From a virus (lineage: Duplodnaviria > Heunggongvirae > Uroviricota > Caudoviricetes): 64,000 bases of DNA. The stretch is from IMG/VR virus record IMGVR_UViG_3300044984_001938, one strand, 5' to 3'. Below, piece by piece: positions 17,960 to 27,036 of this stretch (position 1 is its first letter; each line of letters opens with the position of its first letter). Made by a program: the position numbers and the translations under genes. The notes beneath the pieces are model-generated. The model was not told the DNA's origin and made no database searches. It saw nothing but the letters and a program-made list of their open reading frames with translations.

Positions 17960-18217
17960 TTAGACTTGGCTCATTGCCAAAGCACGATATCCAGCAGCTA
18001 CCACACGACGGCTAGGACGACCTAGTTCGTACTTGGTAGTAACACGGCCTTTGCTATCTTTATGCTTATTTGCATATACAGCAAAACCAGCGAAACGCAA
18101 ATCGCTAACTGTTGCGGTTGGGTTCTTTACGCCAAAACGTGCAGAAATTTGCTTTGCAGTCAATTTTTGACCGTCTTTGAGAGCCTCCAATACACGGGCT
18201 TGTTTAGTTAAAGTCAT
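17960..18217 (-). CDS. small winged-helix/HTH-like DNA-binding protein
   Basis: 85 aa. LTAKQISARFGV is an HTH-like segment. Basic C-terminus. Confidence 0.4.
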   Translation of the reverse strand: MTLTKQARVLEALKDGQKLTAKQISARFGVKNPTATVSDLRFAGFAVYANKHKDSKGRVTTKYELGRPSRRVVAAGYRALAMSQV

Positions 18218-18338
18218 TTTATTTTCCTTATTAAATGATTCATTGTTCGTACAATGTGTAGCAATTATACGATATTTCTAACTAGGGTACAATATATATT
18301 GGGCAACGAATTGTAATTAGATTCCCAATATAATTTAC

Positions 18339-19232
18339 TCATTCCCTGGTCCAAATAACTCCGTCAAATTTAGGCGGTAGATTGTCTAAGTCAAAATAAG
18401 CCAACTCAAATAAATCAGCAGCGGGATCATGTCCAGCATAGCCCCTAGGATTTGCAGCAACCAAAGTATCACCCATGTAATACATATGAGGATCATGTAC
18501 ATGGCCACATGTCCAGAGGACAATCTGAGGATGATCCAAAATGAATTCACTCAAATCACTGTGATAACCACCGTTCATCAAGTCTTGCCCAACATAACGA
18601 GGATGCGTACTCATTGAAGTAGGAGTATGATGTCCTACAATAACAACCTTGCTATCTTTTGTATCAGCCAATACTGTTTTGAAATAGCCAACTGTTTGGA
18701 GATGCCTAATCGCAGTATGTGCAGGCCGCAACTTAGTATAGCCAAGTTCATCATTACGAATGACTCTAAAATCATTCAGCATTCCACTCAATGCATGAAG
18801 CGTAAGTGGATCGCCCTTATTGCAGTCAGTCCATAGAGTTGCACCAATGAAGGTAACATCACCAATCACCTTAGTGTCTTGCTCAAGAAAATAGACATTT
18901 GGAAACTTACTATATTCATCACGCAGATATTGGATACTTGCTTTCCAGTTGCCATGATAGAATTCGTGATTGCCTGCAACTACCACAACATGTGGGAATT
19001 GAAAACTAACTCGTTTAATAAACTCACGGAAACGCAATGCGGTTGCTTGTCTGCGACCCAAGTCAGCGAGATTTACATTACTATAAGGACCATAAGTCAT
19101 TTCAGGATGATTGTGAAGGTCCTCGGCGATAAGGATATCACCGGACAGGATTAGTACATCTGCATTCTCTGTATTTTGAAGATTGATATCTTGGAACTCC
19201 AAGTGGATGTCCGACGCCAGGGCTATTTTCAT
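18339..19232 (-). CDS. calcineurin-like metallophosphoesterase
   Basis: Motifs appear in order: ALASDIHLE (DxH), ILSGDIL (GDxxD), VAGNHEF (GNHE) and GHHT/GHVH. Confidence 0.6.
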   Translation of the reverse strand: MKIALASDIHLEFQDINLQNTENADVLILSGDILIAEDLHNHPEMTYGPYSNVNLADLGRRQATALRFREFIKRVSFQFPHVVVVAGNHEFYHGNWKASIQYLRDEYSKFPNVYFLEQDTKVIGDVTFIGATLWTDCNKGDPLTLHALSGMLNDFRVIRNDELGYTKLRPAHTAIRHLQTVGYFKTVLADTKDSKVVIVGHHTPTSMSTHPRYVGQDLMNGGYHSDLSEFILDHPQIVLWTCGHVHDPHMYYMGDTLVAANPRGYAGHDPAADLFELAYFDLDNLPPKFDGVIWTRE

Positions 19233-19495
19233 TTTGTTAACAATTCTATTAATTTCTTTTGGGTGATCACCTCGTGAACACTTTTTACTTCTTTGATTAC
19301 CATTTCAATTTCAACGACTTCCCATTCCGATATTTTATGATTAAGAAGTTGGTCATTCATAACCAGTGTCAAGAATGTACGCAACTGACCAATCTTCTGA
19401 AAGATTCTTCCAGAGAAGGTATATGAATTATAACGCGGTGTTCCAGTCACATACCATTCTGGATTGTCTTTACTTCTAATCTTGTAATAAATCAT
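19229..19495 (-). CDS. hypothetical protein
   Basis: 88-aa ORF. Confidence 0.4.
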   Translation of the reverse strand: MIYYKIRSKDNPEWYVTGTPRYNSYTFSGRIFQKIGQLRTFLTLVMNDQLLNHKISEWEVVEIEMVIKEVKSVHEVITQKKLIELLTK

Positions 19496-19821
19496 GCTAT
19501 CGCCACCAGATGTTTACACATGCCGCGAAAAACATACCCCGGGCAGCTACAGGTTTTTTCTTCAGTGTCAAGTGAATAGACCTGACCTTTGCTACCGGAC
19601 ACTTTGACTATTGTACTCTTTTCTTTGACCTTCTTAAAAGGATTTGGGTTAAGTGCTGCAAACTTACGACCACGCTTGTCAATTGTCAATGGAGTTTTGA
19701 GATAGAGTGGGGTAGTAGAACCCTGTCTAATATACGCAAGCACCTTGGTGCCATCAAGCAAGTATTTATGATTGGGCTGAACATCGCCCGACCATTCAGT
19801 TGTTTCTACTACTGCTTCCAT
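19492..19821 (-). CDS. SWIM zinc-finger protein
   Basis: The C-terminal CSCPGYVFRGMCKHLVA matches the CxCxnCxH SWIM pattern. Confidence 0.5.
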   Translation of the reverse strand: MEAVVETTEWSGDVQPNHKYLLDGTKVLAYIRQGSTTPLYLKTPLTIDKRGRKFAALNPNPFKKVKEKSTIVKVSGSKGQVYSLDTEEKTCSCPGYVFRGMCKHLVAIA

Positions 19822-19823
19822 TG

Positions 19824-20033
19824 TTAAACCCCAAAATGTTTTTTAATCGTTTTATCAATTCTCCGCTGATACCGTTCGTCGGTAAATGTTTGCGGAAACA
19901 GTTCAGCACATTCCCGCACAATCAACTGAGCAAACTTTTCAACAAAATCTTTACTGTACGGAATAGTCACAGGATATCCATCCGGACTTTGGTGTGATGC
20001 CTGTTCAGCAAGTGATAGAATTCGTTCGTTCAT
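19824..20033 (-). CDS. HFGVEE-family small protein (dispersed paralog)
   Basis: MNERILSLAEQA...EKFAQLIVRECAEL...KKHFGV. Confidence 0.5.
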   Translation of the reverse strand: MNERILSLAEQASHQSPDGYPVTIPYSKDFVEKFAQLIVRECAELFPQTFTDERYQRRIDKTIKKHFGV

Positions 20034-20458
20034 TCTGCTTCAACCTTAGTCAATTGCTCACTCAATACATACAGTTGACCGGGCACCATGTTATCTTCGG
20101 CTTCATATGCAACACCAACATACCAAACACCATCCCGCATAATGTAGTAGTATTCGCAATCATACTCCTTGTCTAAGAATTCTGCATAAGATTGGTCCAC
20201 AGTAAAGTCAACATCAGAATCACCACGATCACGACCGTAGAAAGTACAGCTATCAGTGAGAGCATCAAAATCGTGCTTCTCACCAATTTCTTCTTTGAGG
20301 GAACTCAAGGAACCAAGAGATACCAGACGATTTGCCTTAGCACTATCATAGTGTTCTTGCAGGATACGACCATTGTACGACAGATAACCGTCCCAATGAC
20401 AGTAAACGCTTTTCAGCTTGTCACCATGCATAACACCGATTCGTGAACGAGTACTCAT
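20030..20458 (-). CDS. hypothetical protein
   Basis: 142-aa ORF with ATGA overlap. Confidence 0.4.
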   Translation of the reverse strand: MSTRSRIGVMHGDKLKSVYCHWDGYLSYNGRILQEHYDSAKANRLVSLGSLSSLKEEIGEKHDFDALTDSCTFYGRDRGDSDVDFTVDQSYAEFLDKEYDCEYYYIMRDGVWYVGVAYEAEDNMVPGQLYVLSEQLTKVEAE

Positions 20459-20473
20459 TTCTAATTCCTTTAA

Positions 20474-20791
20474 TTAAATTTTACCAGTTGCAAACGCAAA
20501 CTCTGCTTGATACCCATTAGGGAACCAGCCAAGGCACGCTGTGCCGTTTTCAGTTACAAAAACAGAGTCACCGCGCTGATTGATTCGCAATTTTAATACG
20601 CGGCCGTTGAACTTCATCGTGGCGCTTCTTTTGCCTTTCGCATATGTAGAATCAACTTGATTGCGAATCTCTTTACGAGCGTTAGCAAGTGTAGTGTCGA
20701 GAGTTGTATACTGCACCTTGAGGTCAGTAATCTGTTGACACAGGGCTTCTTGTGCAGCAAGCAATTTGTTGTAGTCTTTGAGATTTGTCAT
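20474..20791 (-). CDS. hypothetical protein (early gene)
   Basis: 105-aa ORF directly downstream of a sigma70-like promoter. Confidence 0.45.
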   Translation of the reverse strand: MTNLKDYNKLLAAQEALCQQITDLKVQYTTLDTTLANARKEIRNQVDSTYAKGKRSATMKFNGRVLKLRINQRGDSVFVTENGTACLGWFPNGYQAEFAFATGKI

Positions 20792-20799
20792 TTTTCAAG

Positions 20800-20854
20800 T
20801 CCTTTAATTAACTGTCTAAGAGTATATTATATCACCAAAACCATTTGTTGTCAA
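20800..20854 (-). promoter_or_regulatory. sigma70-type promoter with conserved leader (TTGACA-17-TATAAT)
   Basis: On the minus strand, -35 TTGACA is at 20854-20849, followed by a 17-nt spacer and -10 TATAAT at 20831-20826. The leader atactcttagacagttaattaaaggact precedes the ATG at 20791. Confidence 0.7.
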
Positions 20855-20858
20855 CCTT

Positions 20859-21098
20859 TTACAGTGCTTCCAACTTAGCGATTTCAGCCTTCAATGCCTG
20901 AATTCGTTCAGCAACAACTTTAGCTTTGACAAGTGGAATCTGTTTCATTACATCATCAAAAAACTTGTTAAAAGTAACCCCTAGATTCTCGGCAGCAGGG
21001 CGCCATTCCCTTTGAGAAACCATACCTTGTGTCAGTTTGTCTTTAACTGCTTTTTCAGCATATTGATTGATTGCGTTTGTGTATTTTATTGTTGCCAT
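20859..21098 (-). CDS. hypothetical protein (early gene)
   Basis: 79-aa ORF downstream of promoter copy 2. Confidence 0.4.
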   Translation of the reverse strand: MATIKYTNAINQYAEKAVKDKLTQGMVSQREWRPAAENLGVTFNKFFDDVMKQIPLVKAKVVAERIQALKAEIAKLEAL

Positions 21099-21103
21099 TT
21101 TTA

Positions 21104-21159
21104 GTCCTTTAATTAACTGTCTAAGAGTATATTATATACCCAAAACCATTTATTGTCAA
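21104..21159 (-). promoter_or_regulatory. sigma70-type promoter with conserved leader (copy 2)
   Basis: -35 TTGACA at 21159-21154, 17-nt spacer, -10 TATAAT at 21136-21131, with the same leader. Confidence 0.7.
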
Positions 21160-21164
21160 CCTTT

Positions 21165-21443
21165 TTACACTAGATCCACTTGAATTTGTTTACCGCGGAT
21201 AGTAGTTCCGAGACCAGTTGGGATTCCAAACCGATTTGCTTTAGCTAGCAGCCGATCTTGGGCCAGTATTTCTAGTGCATCCCAGCACAATGAACGAGCA
21301 TTAGTCGTAGCAAATTGTTCGGACATTTGCTTGACAGTCAAGTATATGCCAATATCATTTTCACTACCATCACCCTTGAAAATCACACGAATTTTTTGAG
21401 AATTTTTCAAACCTTGGATAATAGCTTTTGTACGCATTTTCAT
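21165..21443 (-). CDS. hypothetical protein (early gene)
   Basis: 92-aa ORF downstream of promoter copy 3. Confidence 0.4.
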   Translation of the reverse strand: MKMRTKAIIQGLKNSQKIRVIFKGDGSENDIGIYLTVKQMSEQFATTNARSLCWDALEILAQDRLLAKANRFGIPTGLGTTIRGKQIQVDLV

Positions 21444-21444
21444 G

Positions 21445-21499
21445 TCCTTTAATTAACTGTCTAAGTATGTATTATATACCCAAAATCATTTAATGTCAA
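21445..21499 (-). promoter_or_regulatory. sigma70-type promoter with conserved leader (copy 3)
   Basis: -35 TTGACA at 21499-21494, 17-nt spacer, -10 TATAAT at 21476-21471, with the same leader. Confidence 0.65.
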
Positions 21500-21939
21500 C
21501 CTAGTCGTGCTTTGATTTCCATGAAGAAAGTATGATATTTTGCCATCCTGGCAATATCCTTTTCTGTAACTCCCTTCAGTCGGCGAATATCGGTGTTGTG
21601 TCGCAAATCAGCCATCTTGACCCGCATCGCATCCTCGCTAGCAAAAACACCTTCCTTGTACTCATCATATGTCTGACCAGGAACTTTAGTCAATGCACGA
21701 ATGCCAGAGATGACTCGCTCACTGATACCAGCATCACGAAGGTCTTTGTAAGTAACCGAAGTATCTTCAATAACATCATGCCCCAGAGCAATGCACATCA
21801 ATTCCTCGTCATCACTTTTCAGGTAGTGCATAACTTTCAGTGGATGTAGAATGTACGGGGCACCACCGCGATCAAATGCACCAGCATGGGCGTTAGTAGC
21901 AATGACTAGCATTGTTCCAAGCATTTCACCCCTTTTCAT
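21496..21939 (-). CDS. HD-domain (p)ppGpp hydrolase-like protein (RelA/SpoT HD family)
   Basis: ILHPLKVM...LGHDVIEDT carries the His and HD motifs of the SpoT/RelA hydrolase domain. 147 aa. Confidence 0.65.
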   Translation of the reverse strand: MKRGEMLGTMLVIATNAHAGAFDRGGAPYILHPLKVMHYLKSDDEELMCIALGHDVIEDTSVTYKDLRDAGISERVISGIRALTKVPGQTYDEYKEGVFASEDAMRVKMADLRHNTDIRRLKGVTEKDIARMAKYHTFFMEIKARLG

Positions 21940-21964
21940 AATGTGTACCCTTTCTTTATCTGTA

Positions 21965-21998
21965 CTTACAGTATAGCATATTGCCTATTTAATGCCAA
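21965..21998 (-). promoter_or_regulatory. sigma70-type promoter (TTGGCA-17-TATACT)
   Basis: -35 at 21998-21993 and -10 at 21975-21970 on the minus strand, upstream of the HD hydrolase gene. Confidence 0.5.
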
Positions 21999-22002
21999 CC
22001 TT

Positions 22003-22098
22003 TTACGGCTTCATCATAAACGCAAAGTAATAGAAAAAAGGGCCAAACATTGTTACTGCAATGATGGCTGCTTGAAGTAGTTCAATTAAGTATTTCAT
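22003..22098 (-). CDS. small hydrophobic peptide (31 aa, not in ORF track)
   Basis: Hand-translated as MKYLIELLQAAIIAVTMFGPFFYYFAFMMKP. It sits between two promoters. Low confidence. Confidence 0.2.
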   Translation of the reverse strand: MKYLIELLQAAIIAVTMFGPFFYYFAFMMKP

Positions 22099-22099
22099 G

Positions 22100-22133
22100 C
22101 TGTAAGTATATCACCGAAATCACTTATTGTCAA
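22100..22133 (-). promoter_or_regulatory. sigma70-type promoter (TTGACA-17-TATACT)
   Basis: -35 at 22133-22128 and -10 at 22110-22105 on the minus strand. Confidence 0.5.
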
Positions 22134-22138
22134 CCGTT

Positions 22139-22726
22139 TTATGGACGCTTTTTCAGTACAGAATCAGACAAACCATATGCTACTGATTCGGCAGCACTCA
22201 GAAAATAGTCTCTTTCCATATCCTTAGCTAGTTCTTCATAAGTTTTACCTACACTATTGTGGTCAACATAGATTTGTGTAAGACTCTTTTTCATAGCTAA
22301 AATTTCTTTAACTTGAATTTCCATATCAGTAGCTTGTCCACGTGCGCCGCCTGAGGGCTGATGAACCATGTGCCGAGCATTTGGTAACATATAACGCTTG
22401 CCCTTAGCACCTGCTTGTGCAAGTAAACTTCCCATTGAGCAGGCCTGACCCATAACAATAGTCATAATATCGGGTTTAATGAATTGCATACAATCATATA
22501 TGGCCATGCCCGCCGTTACACTTCCACCGGGACTATTGATGTAGATAGAAATATCTTTATCTGCTTCACTTTCTAGGTAAAGCAATTGGGCAACAACTAG
22601 ATTGGCCATTTGATCATGTACTTCACCTTCAAGCAAAATAACACGGTCACGCAACATGCGGCTGTATATATCATACGACCTTTCACCTTTACTTGTTTGT
22701 TCTAAAACCATTGGGACTAGTGACAT
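22139..22726 (-). CDS. clpP: ATP-dependent Clp protease proteolytic subunit ClpP
   Basis: Near-colinear with bacterial Clp[17 protein letters not shown] carries the active-site Ser, [11 protein letters not shown] and [16 protein letters not shown] carry the His region. Confidence 0.9.
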   Translation of the reverse strand: MSLVPMVLEQTSKGERSYDIYSRMLRDRVILLEGEVHDQMANLVVAQLLYLESEADKDISIYINSPGGSVTAGMAIYDCMQFIKPDIMTIVMGQACSMGSLLAQAGAKGKRYMLPNARHMVHQPSGGARGQATDMEIQVKEILAMKKSLTQIYVDHNSVGKTYEELAKDMERDYFLSAAESVAYGLSDSVLKKRP

Positions 22727-22787
22727 AAGATTCCTTAAATAAAGTCTTATTGTACTGCAATCTCAAGCAGAAGTCAACTGATTGTGG

Positions 22788-23516
22788 TTAGTTACTTATC
22801 CAATCTCTGTTACGATACGGTTTACCATACATTGCATTTGGTAAATATCGTACAACTTTTTGTTTTACTCGTTTTATGATTGGATGTTCATGGTCATGAT
22901 TAAATGCTTTTAGATACATTCTCCAACTATTATAATTTCTTTTCTTACCGTACTGATCCTCGTCAAGATATTTGATTACATGGTCAGTGCTGTTTCTAAA
23001 ATTCCATAACAACTCACAAGCAATATTATATCCATATGCGTCAATCTCATCACTAGAACCCAAATATTCTTGTTCTTTACGCTGGCGAGTTCTTGGTGCA
23101 GTGCTATTATATGAGGGTAATCCGTTGAATTCTCTCCGGCGATATTGACGCATATGAATTATCTCATGCATTATGGTGTTTGATATAGTGCGACAAGTTC
23201 TAATAAAAATTTTATCAGTGATAGATATCAAATCAGTTTTGTTCTTGTACACCACTATTAATTCAATTGAGTTTTTGTTTTCTTTATCTAGCTGACTGTA
23301 GTAGGTGCCGCCAATCCAAGCACGGTTTCTGCCAACTTTACTATCTATCAATTTTTTTAATTTGACAGGTATCATCTGTTTTATATGATTACCTAGCAGT
23401 CTATGAAACTTTTCCATAGACATTGGGATGTTAATTATCTTAGGATGCAATTTCCAAATATATTCAATTAATTCGTAGCGATTGATTGAAGACCAGTCAA
23501 AATTGCAAGTTGCCAC
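22788..23516 (-). CDS. SprT-like / zinc metallopeptidase-like protein
   Basis: The HExxH motif MHEIIHM sits in a 242-aa protein. Confidence 0.35.
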   Translation of the reverse strand: MATCNFDWSSINRYELIEYIWKLHPKIINIPMSMEKFHRLLGNHIKQMIPVKLKKLIDSKVGRNRAWIGGTYYSQLDKENKNSIELIVVYKNKTDLISITDKIFIRTCRTISNTIMHEIIHMRQYRRREFNGLPSYNSTAPRTRQRKEQEYLGSSDEIDAYGYNIACELLWNFRNSTDHVIKYLDEDQYGKKRNYNSWRMYLKAFNHDHEHPIIKRVKQKVVRYLPNAMYGKPYRNRDWISN

Positions 23517-23529
23517 GCTATATTCCTAA

Positions 23530-25059
23530 TTATTTTCTCTTAGTGCGGGATCCAGTTTCTCTTGGCTTATTGACAGGATTAACAATATCTTTTGCAGATG
23601 TTGTTAATTCGTCTTTGCCTGCATTCTTTTCTCGTTTTGATCTGATAGTTGGGGTGCTAACTTCTTCATCATCCTTAGGCTTACCTGAACCCTTATCAAT
23701 TTTGAATGTATAGTTACCTTTTATACCAGTGCTATAATATGTTTTACCTGAAGATAGATAAACGCCCTTAATACTTTCACCAGGGTAAACAGTATTGAAT
23801 TCTTGTAAGGTCCATTTACCTTTGCCTTCACTTGCTTTAGTATAAACTTGTACCAACGCCCCGTTGTTTAATATATCAGCAGCGGCTGCACTAAATTTTG
23901 TCTTGTCGTTCACTTCTTTGGCTGCTTGGTGTGCAACCACTGCCATTAAATGATAGTATAAGTTTACATTCTCTGGATCATCGGTTCTGCGTTTTTGTGC
24001 TAATTTTAATAGATTTTCACTAAGACCCAATTGCTCTATATTGTCCATACTAACTGGACCAATTTTCTTAAATGCTCTAATCATTTCAGCATCATCAGGA
24101 CTGATGACACCATACTGCATACCTAACATTAGTGGTGAACTTGCTTGTCCGGCAGATCGTATAAGTTTTATCAATGAAACTACTTCACTGTGTTTTTCTA
24201 AGAATTTTTTACCATCAGATGTTTCTTCTAGTTGATTGATTTGATCAACCAGATTCTTTATGCTGGCAGTAGCACCATTGCCACCTTTTGTGCTAATTAA
24301 TACACTGTGACCATCACTCGTAGACAAAATGCTATCACTTAACCCTGCTGTCTTGCTATCATCAAAACTGATTAATGTTTTCTGAAATGTCCCGCCCAAA
24401 AACTTAGCCGCTGCTTCACCTGCGTTACCCGTGTATTGACCTTTTTGCAATGCAATTGGCTGTAGTATTTCACAGAAGTAATCACGGAATGCAGTAAAGC
24501 TAACTCCTTCAGGAGCATCAAATGTCATGGGTAATGGTTGACCCATTGCAATATTGTGTGCTACTTTATATAATGGATTGTTAGTTCCCAAACTACTAGC
24601 CAGTTGATTCATTAAGCTAGCGATAGTTAAATCAAGTTTATTAACTAACAAATCTTGTGGACTTAAGCCTGCTTCTGATTTAGCGGCAGCTTTGCTACTG
24701 AGCTTATAAGTTGACCCGTCTACAGTAAATGTATTTGATACTTTGTTGTCAGTTCTGGATGGTTTAATTTCTTGTAGATATTGTCCTATGGTAAAATTAC
24801 CAAATGAGATTAGTGCGAATCCACCTGTTCGTCCCGAACGACTGTTTTGCCAAACAATTCCAGGAACTTGTTTTTCAATTTCTGCTAAGGATTGATCTAG
24901 TTCTTCGGGTTTGTATTTTCCACCACTTTCTGGGAAGAATTTAATATCGTTGAATATTGCTTCTTCCCCGTTTTCATTTTTAAAAATCTCGCCGGGTTTA
25001 CGACCGGCTAAGCCAGTACTTTCAGTTAGTTGTTTAATTATATTAATAAATTCACGCAT
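23530..25059 (-). CDS. hypothetical protein (509 aa)
   Basis: Long ORF on the coding strand. The N-terminus MREFINII loosely resembles the CTS-like family. No catalytic motif recognised. Confidence 0.5.
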   Translation of the reverse strand: MREFINIIKQLTESTGLAGRKPGEIFKNENGEEAIFNDIKFFPESGGKYKPEELDQSLAEIEKQVPGIVWQNSRSGRTGGFALISFGNFTIGQYLQEIKPSRTDNKVSNTFTVDGSTYKLSSKAAAKSEAGLSPQDLLVNKLDLTIASLMNQLASSLGTNNPLYKVAHNIAMGQPLPMTFDAPEGVSFTAFRDYFCEILQPIALQKGQYTGNAGEAAAKFLGGTFQKTLISFDDSKTAGLSDSILSTSDGHSVLISTKGGNGATASIKNLVDQINQLEETSDGKKFLEKHSEVVSLIKLIRSAGQASSPLMLGMQYGVISPDDAEMIRAFKKIGPVSMDNIEQLGLSENLLKLAQKRRTDDPENVNLYYHLMAVVAHQAAKEVNDKTKFSAAAADILNNGALVQVYTKASEGKGKWTLQEFNTVYPGESIKGVYLSSGKTYYSTGIKGNYTFKIDKGSGKPKDDEEVSTPTIRSKREKNAGKDELTTSAKDIVNPVNKPRETGSRTKRK

Positions 25060-25131
25060 AGTTTAGTATTTATCTATAGAAAAAAATATAAAATTCTTAA
25101 CCGATAGTAAATAGATGTGAAGGAGAAAATT

Positions 25132-25422
25132 ATGATCAAATTTCTAAAAAGTCTATTCGGGATTGAAACCACAGCCCCAGTAGCAACACCCGCACCTATG
25201 GTAACAGCCCCTTATAAGATTCCGGAACCAGTAACAGCAACACCAATTCCATTAGTAGTTGAAGCTGCACCGGTCGTAGTAGCTAAAAAAGCACCTGTCA
25301 AAGCTAAAGCACCTGCTAAGCCAAAGGTAGCAAAGCCTGCCGCGGTTAAAGCACCTGCTAAAGCACCTGCTAAAGCACCTGCTAAAGTACCAAAAAAGCC
25401 TAAGATTAGCATCGCCAAGTAA
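25132..25422 (+). CDS. histone H1-like AKP-repeat protein
   Basis: The ATG at 25132 is preceded by aggag. The C-terminus is KAPAKAPAKAPAKVPKKPK, Lys/Ala/Pro repeats typical of H1-like DNA-binding tails. Confidence 0.45.
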   Translation: MIKFLKSLFGIETTAPVATPAPMVTAPYKIPEPVTATPIPLVVEAAPVVVAKKAPVKAKAPAKPKVAKPAAVKAPAKAPAKAPAKVPKKPKISIAK

Positions 25423-26120
25423 TGAATACGATAGGGTTTGACCTAATTAGTGATTTGAATCTATACCCCGAGGATAGTTTCAATTGGGAAGGTAAAGCAA
25501 CTAGTTTATACTGCATAATAGCAGGAAATATTAGTGAAGATTTACGCACTATAAAACAAACTCTGTCGCATTTATCTAAATTTTATCAAGGTATATTTTA
25601 TACTCTGGGTTCGTTGGAATATCATAATACAAGTGATATAGTAAAAAGAACGAACGAAATTTATAAGGCTTGTCTTTCAATTAGTAATTTAGCAATAATG
25701 CACCACAATGTGGTTGTTGTTGATGGGATAGCAGTTGTGGGAGCAAATGGATGGTATGGAAATACTATACACGATGAAGAAGCTGAAAGCATACTTGAAG
25801 TGCATCGTAATGCAGATATATTATACCTCAGAAATACAATAGAACGACTGCAAAAACACCTAGATGTTAAAAAGATTATAGTGGTCACTAACTCAGTTCC
25901 CAGTATAGAGTTATACTTTGGAGAACATCCCAGCACTATAGATAAGCAACTTAATTTAAATATCGCTTTAGTTGCTGACACCGAAAGCAAAATTTCACAT
26001 TGGTTATATGGTACATATGAAAAAGTAGTTGACACCAATATAAACGATATCAACTACATTAACAATAGCAGTTTCAAAAGAAACCCCTATTGGTCTAGGC
26101 GAATAGAAATTTCTATTTAA
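25422..26120 (+). CDS. hypothetical protein
   Basis: 232-aa ORF, ATGA-coupled to the preceding gene. Confidence 0.45.
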   Translation: MNTIGFDLISDLNLYPEDSFNWEGKATSLYCIIAGNISEDLRTIKQTLSHLSKFYQGIFYTLGSLEYHNTSDIVKRTNEIYKACLSISNLAIMHHNVVVVDGIAVVGANGWYGNTIHDEEAESILEVHRNADILYLRNTIERLQKHLDVKKIIVVTNSVPSIELYFGEHPSTIDKQLNLNIALVADTESKISHWLYGTYEKVVDTNINDINYINNSSFKRNPYWSRRIEISI

Positions 26121-26422
26121 GCATCAGCCTCTACTTTAATCTGCAACGGAAAACCTTGACTTCGCGCATCAAGTGTAACTTCAATACCTCGTTGTTCAGC
26201 AATCTCGTAGGGTAAAACAGCAACTACCGCACTACCCTCTTCATGGATATTATGAGTAATTGTTTTCGCTGTATCTTGGTTATAATTAAAGTAATCAATC
26301 AAACTACTCACTACAAATTCCATACTAGTAACATTGTCATTAATATAAATGATTTTGAACAACGGTGGTTCAACTAATGCGAGGTTAGGTTTAATCTTGA
26401 TTTTTGTTTCTGTTTTAGACAT
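26117..26422 (-). CDS. clpS: ATP-dependent Clp protease adaptor ClpS
   Basis: PPLFKIIYINDNVTSMEFVVSSL...AKTITHNIHEEGSAVVAV aligns with the ClpS core (PxxYKVILxNDDYTPMEFV). 101 aa. Confidence 0.8.
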   Translation of the reverse strand: MSKTETKIKIKPNLALVEPPLFKIIYINDNVTSMEFVVSSLIDYFNYNQDTAKTITHNIHEEGSAVVAVLPYEIAEQRGIEVTLDARSQGFPLQIKVEADA

Positions 26423-26483
26423 ATTAGTTACCGGTTATAATTTATAAAAATGTGCAGCTTTTCAACTGCACACTGCTATTATA

Positions 26484-26990
26484 CTATTTAGTATGGGATA
26501 TTACAATTGATCTGGGCTTTTGTTCTTCAGGTACTTCACGCTTTAGATGAACACTAAGAATACCCAATTCAAGATGTGCATTTACTATCTCAACATGATC
26601 AGCAAGTTTGAATTCTCTGCGAAAATCTCTATTACTGATACCCTTGTGTAGATAGTTAATCTCAGGTAAGTCTTCTTCATTGATAGTATTTTTACCTTCA
26701 ATAATCAAAAAGTTTTTATCTTTTGTTACTGAAAGGTTATCAAAACCAAATCCAGCTACTGCTATACTAATCATATATTCGTCCTCAGTAATTTGGACGA
26801 CATTGTATGGGGGATAGTTTGTGTTAGATTGTTGGGAATGCATCCTATGTAAATCATCAAAAATAGTATCAAAACCGATACCAAATTTGTGAAGTTGCGG
26901 AATGTCAAGGGAACGAAGGGTTAATGTTTTTGTCATGTTATTTCTCCTATAAGCAAATATGACTGTGTGAGCCCGACTATCGGCACTCAC
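26484..26990 (-). CDS. small heat-shock protein, Hsp20/alpha-crystallin family (IbpA-like)
   Basis: An alpha-crystallin domain (PPYNVVQITEDEYMISIAVAGF...LIIEGK...RREFKLADHVEIVNAHLELGILSVHL), similar to IbpA/IbpB. Confidence 0.75.
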   Translation of the reverse strand: MSADSRAHTVIFAYRRNNMTKTLTLRSLDIPQLHKFGIGFDTIFDDLHRMHSQQSNTNYPPYNVVQITEDEYMISIAVAGFGFDNLSVTKDKNFLIIEGKNTINEEDLPEINYLHKGISNRDFRREFKLADHVEIVNAHLELGILSVHLKREVPEEQKPRSIVISHTK

Positions 26991-27036
26991 ATATATTTAG
27001 TGTATCAGCAATACGCAAAAAATTATACTATTTAGA

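Noticed and set aside
18240-18300. Possible promoter upstream of 17960-18217 (TATAAT at 18264-18269)
   Set aside because: There is no acceptable -35 hexamer at 17 ± 1 nt. Too weak to call.
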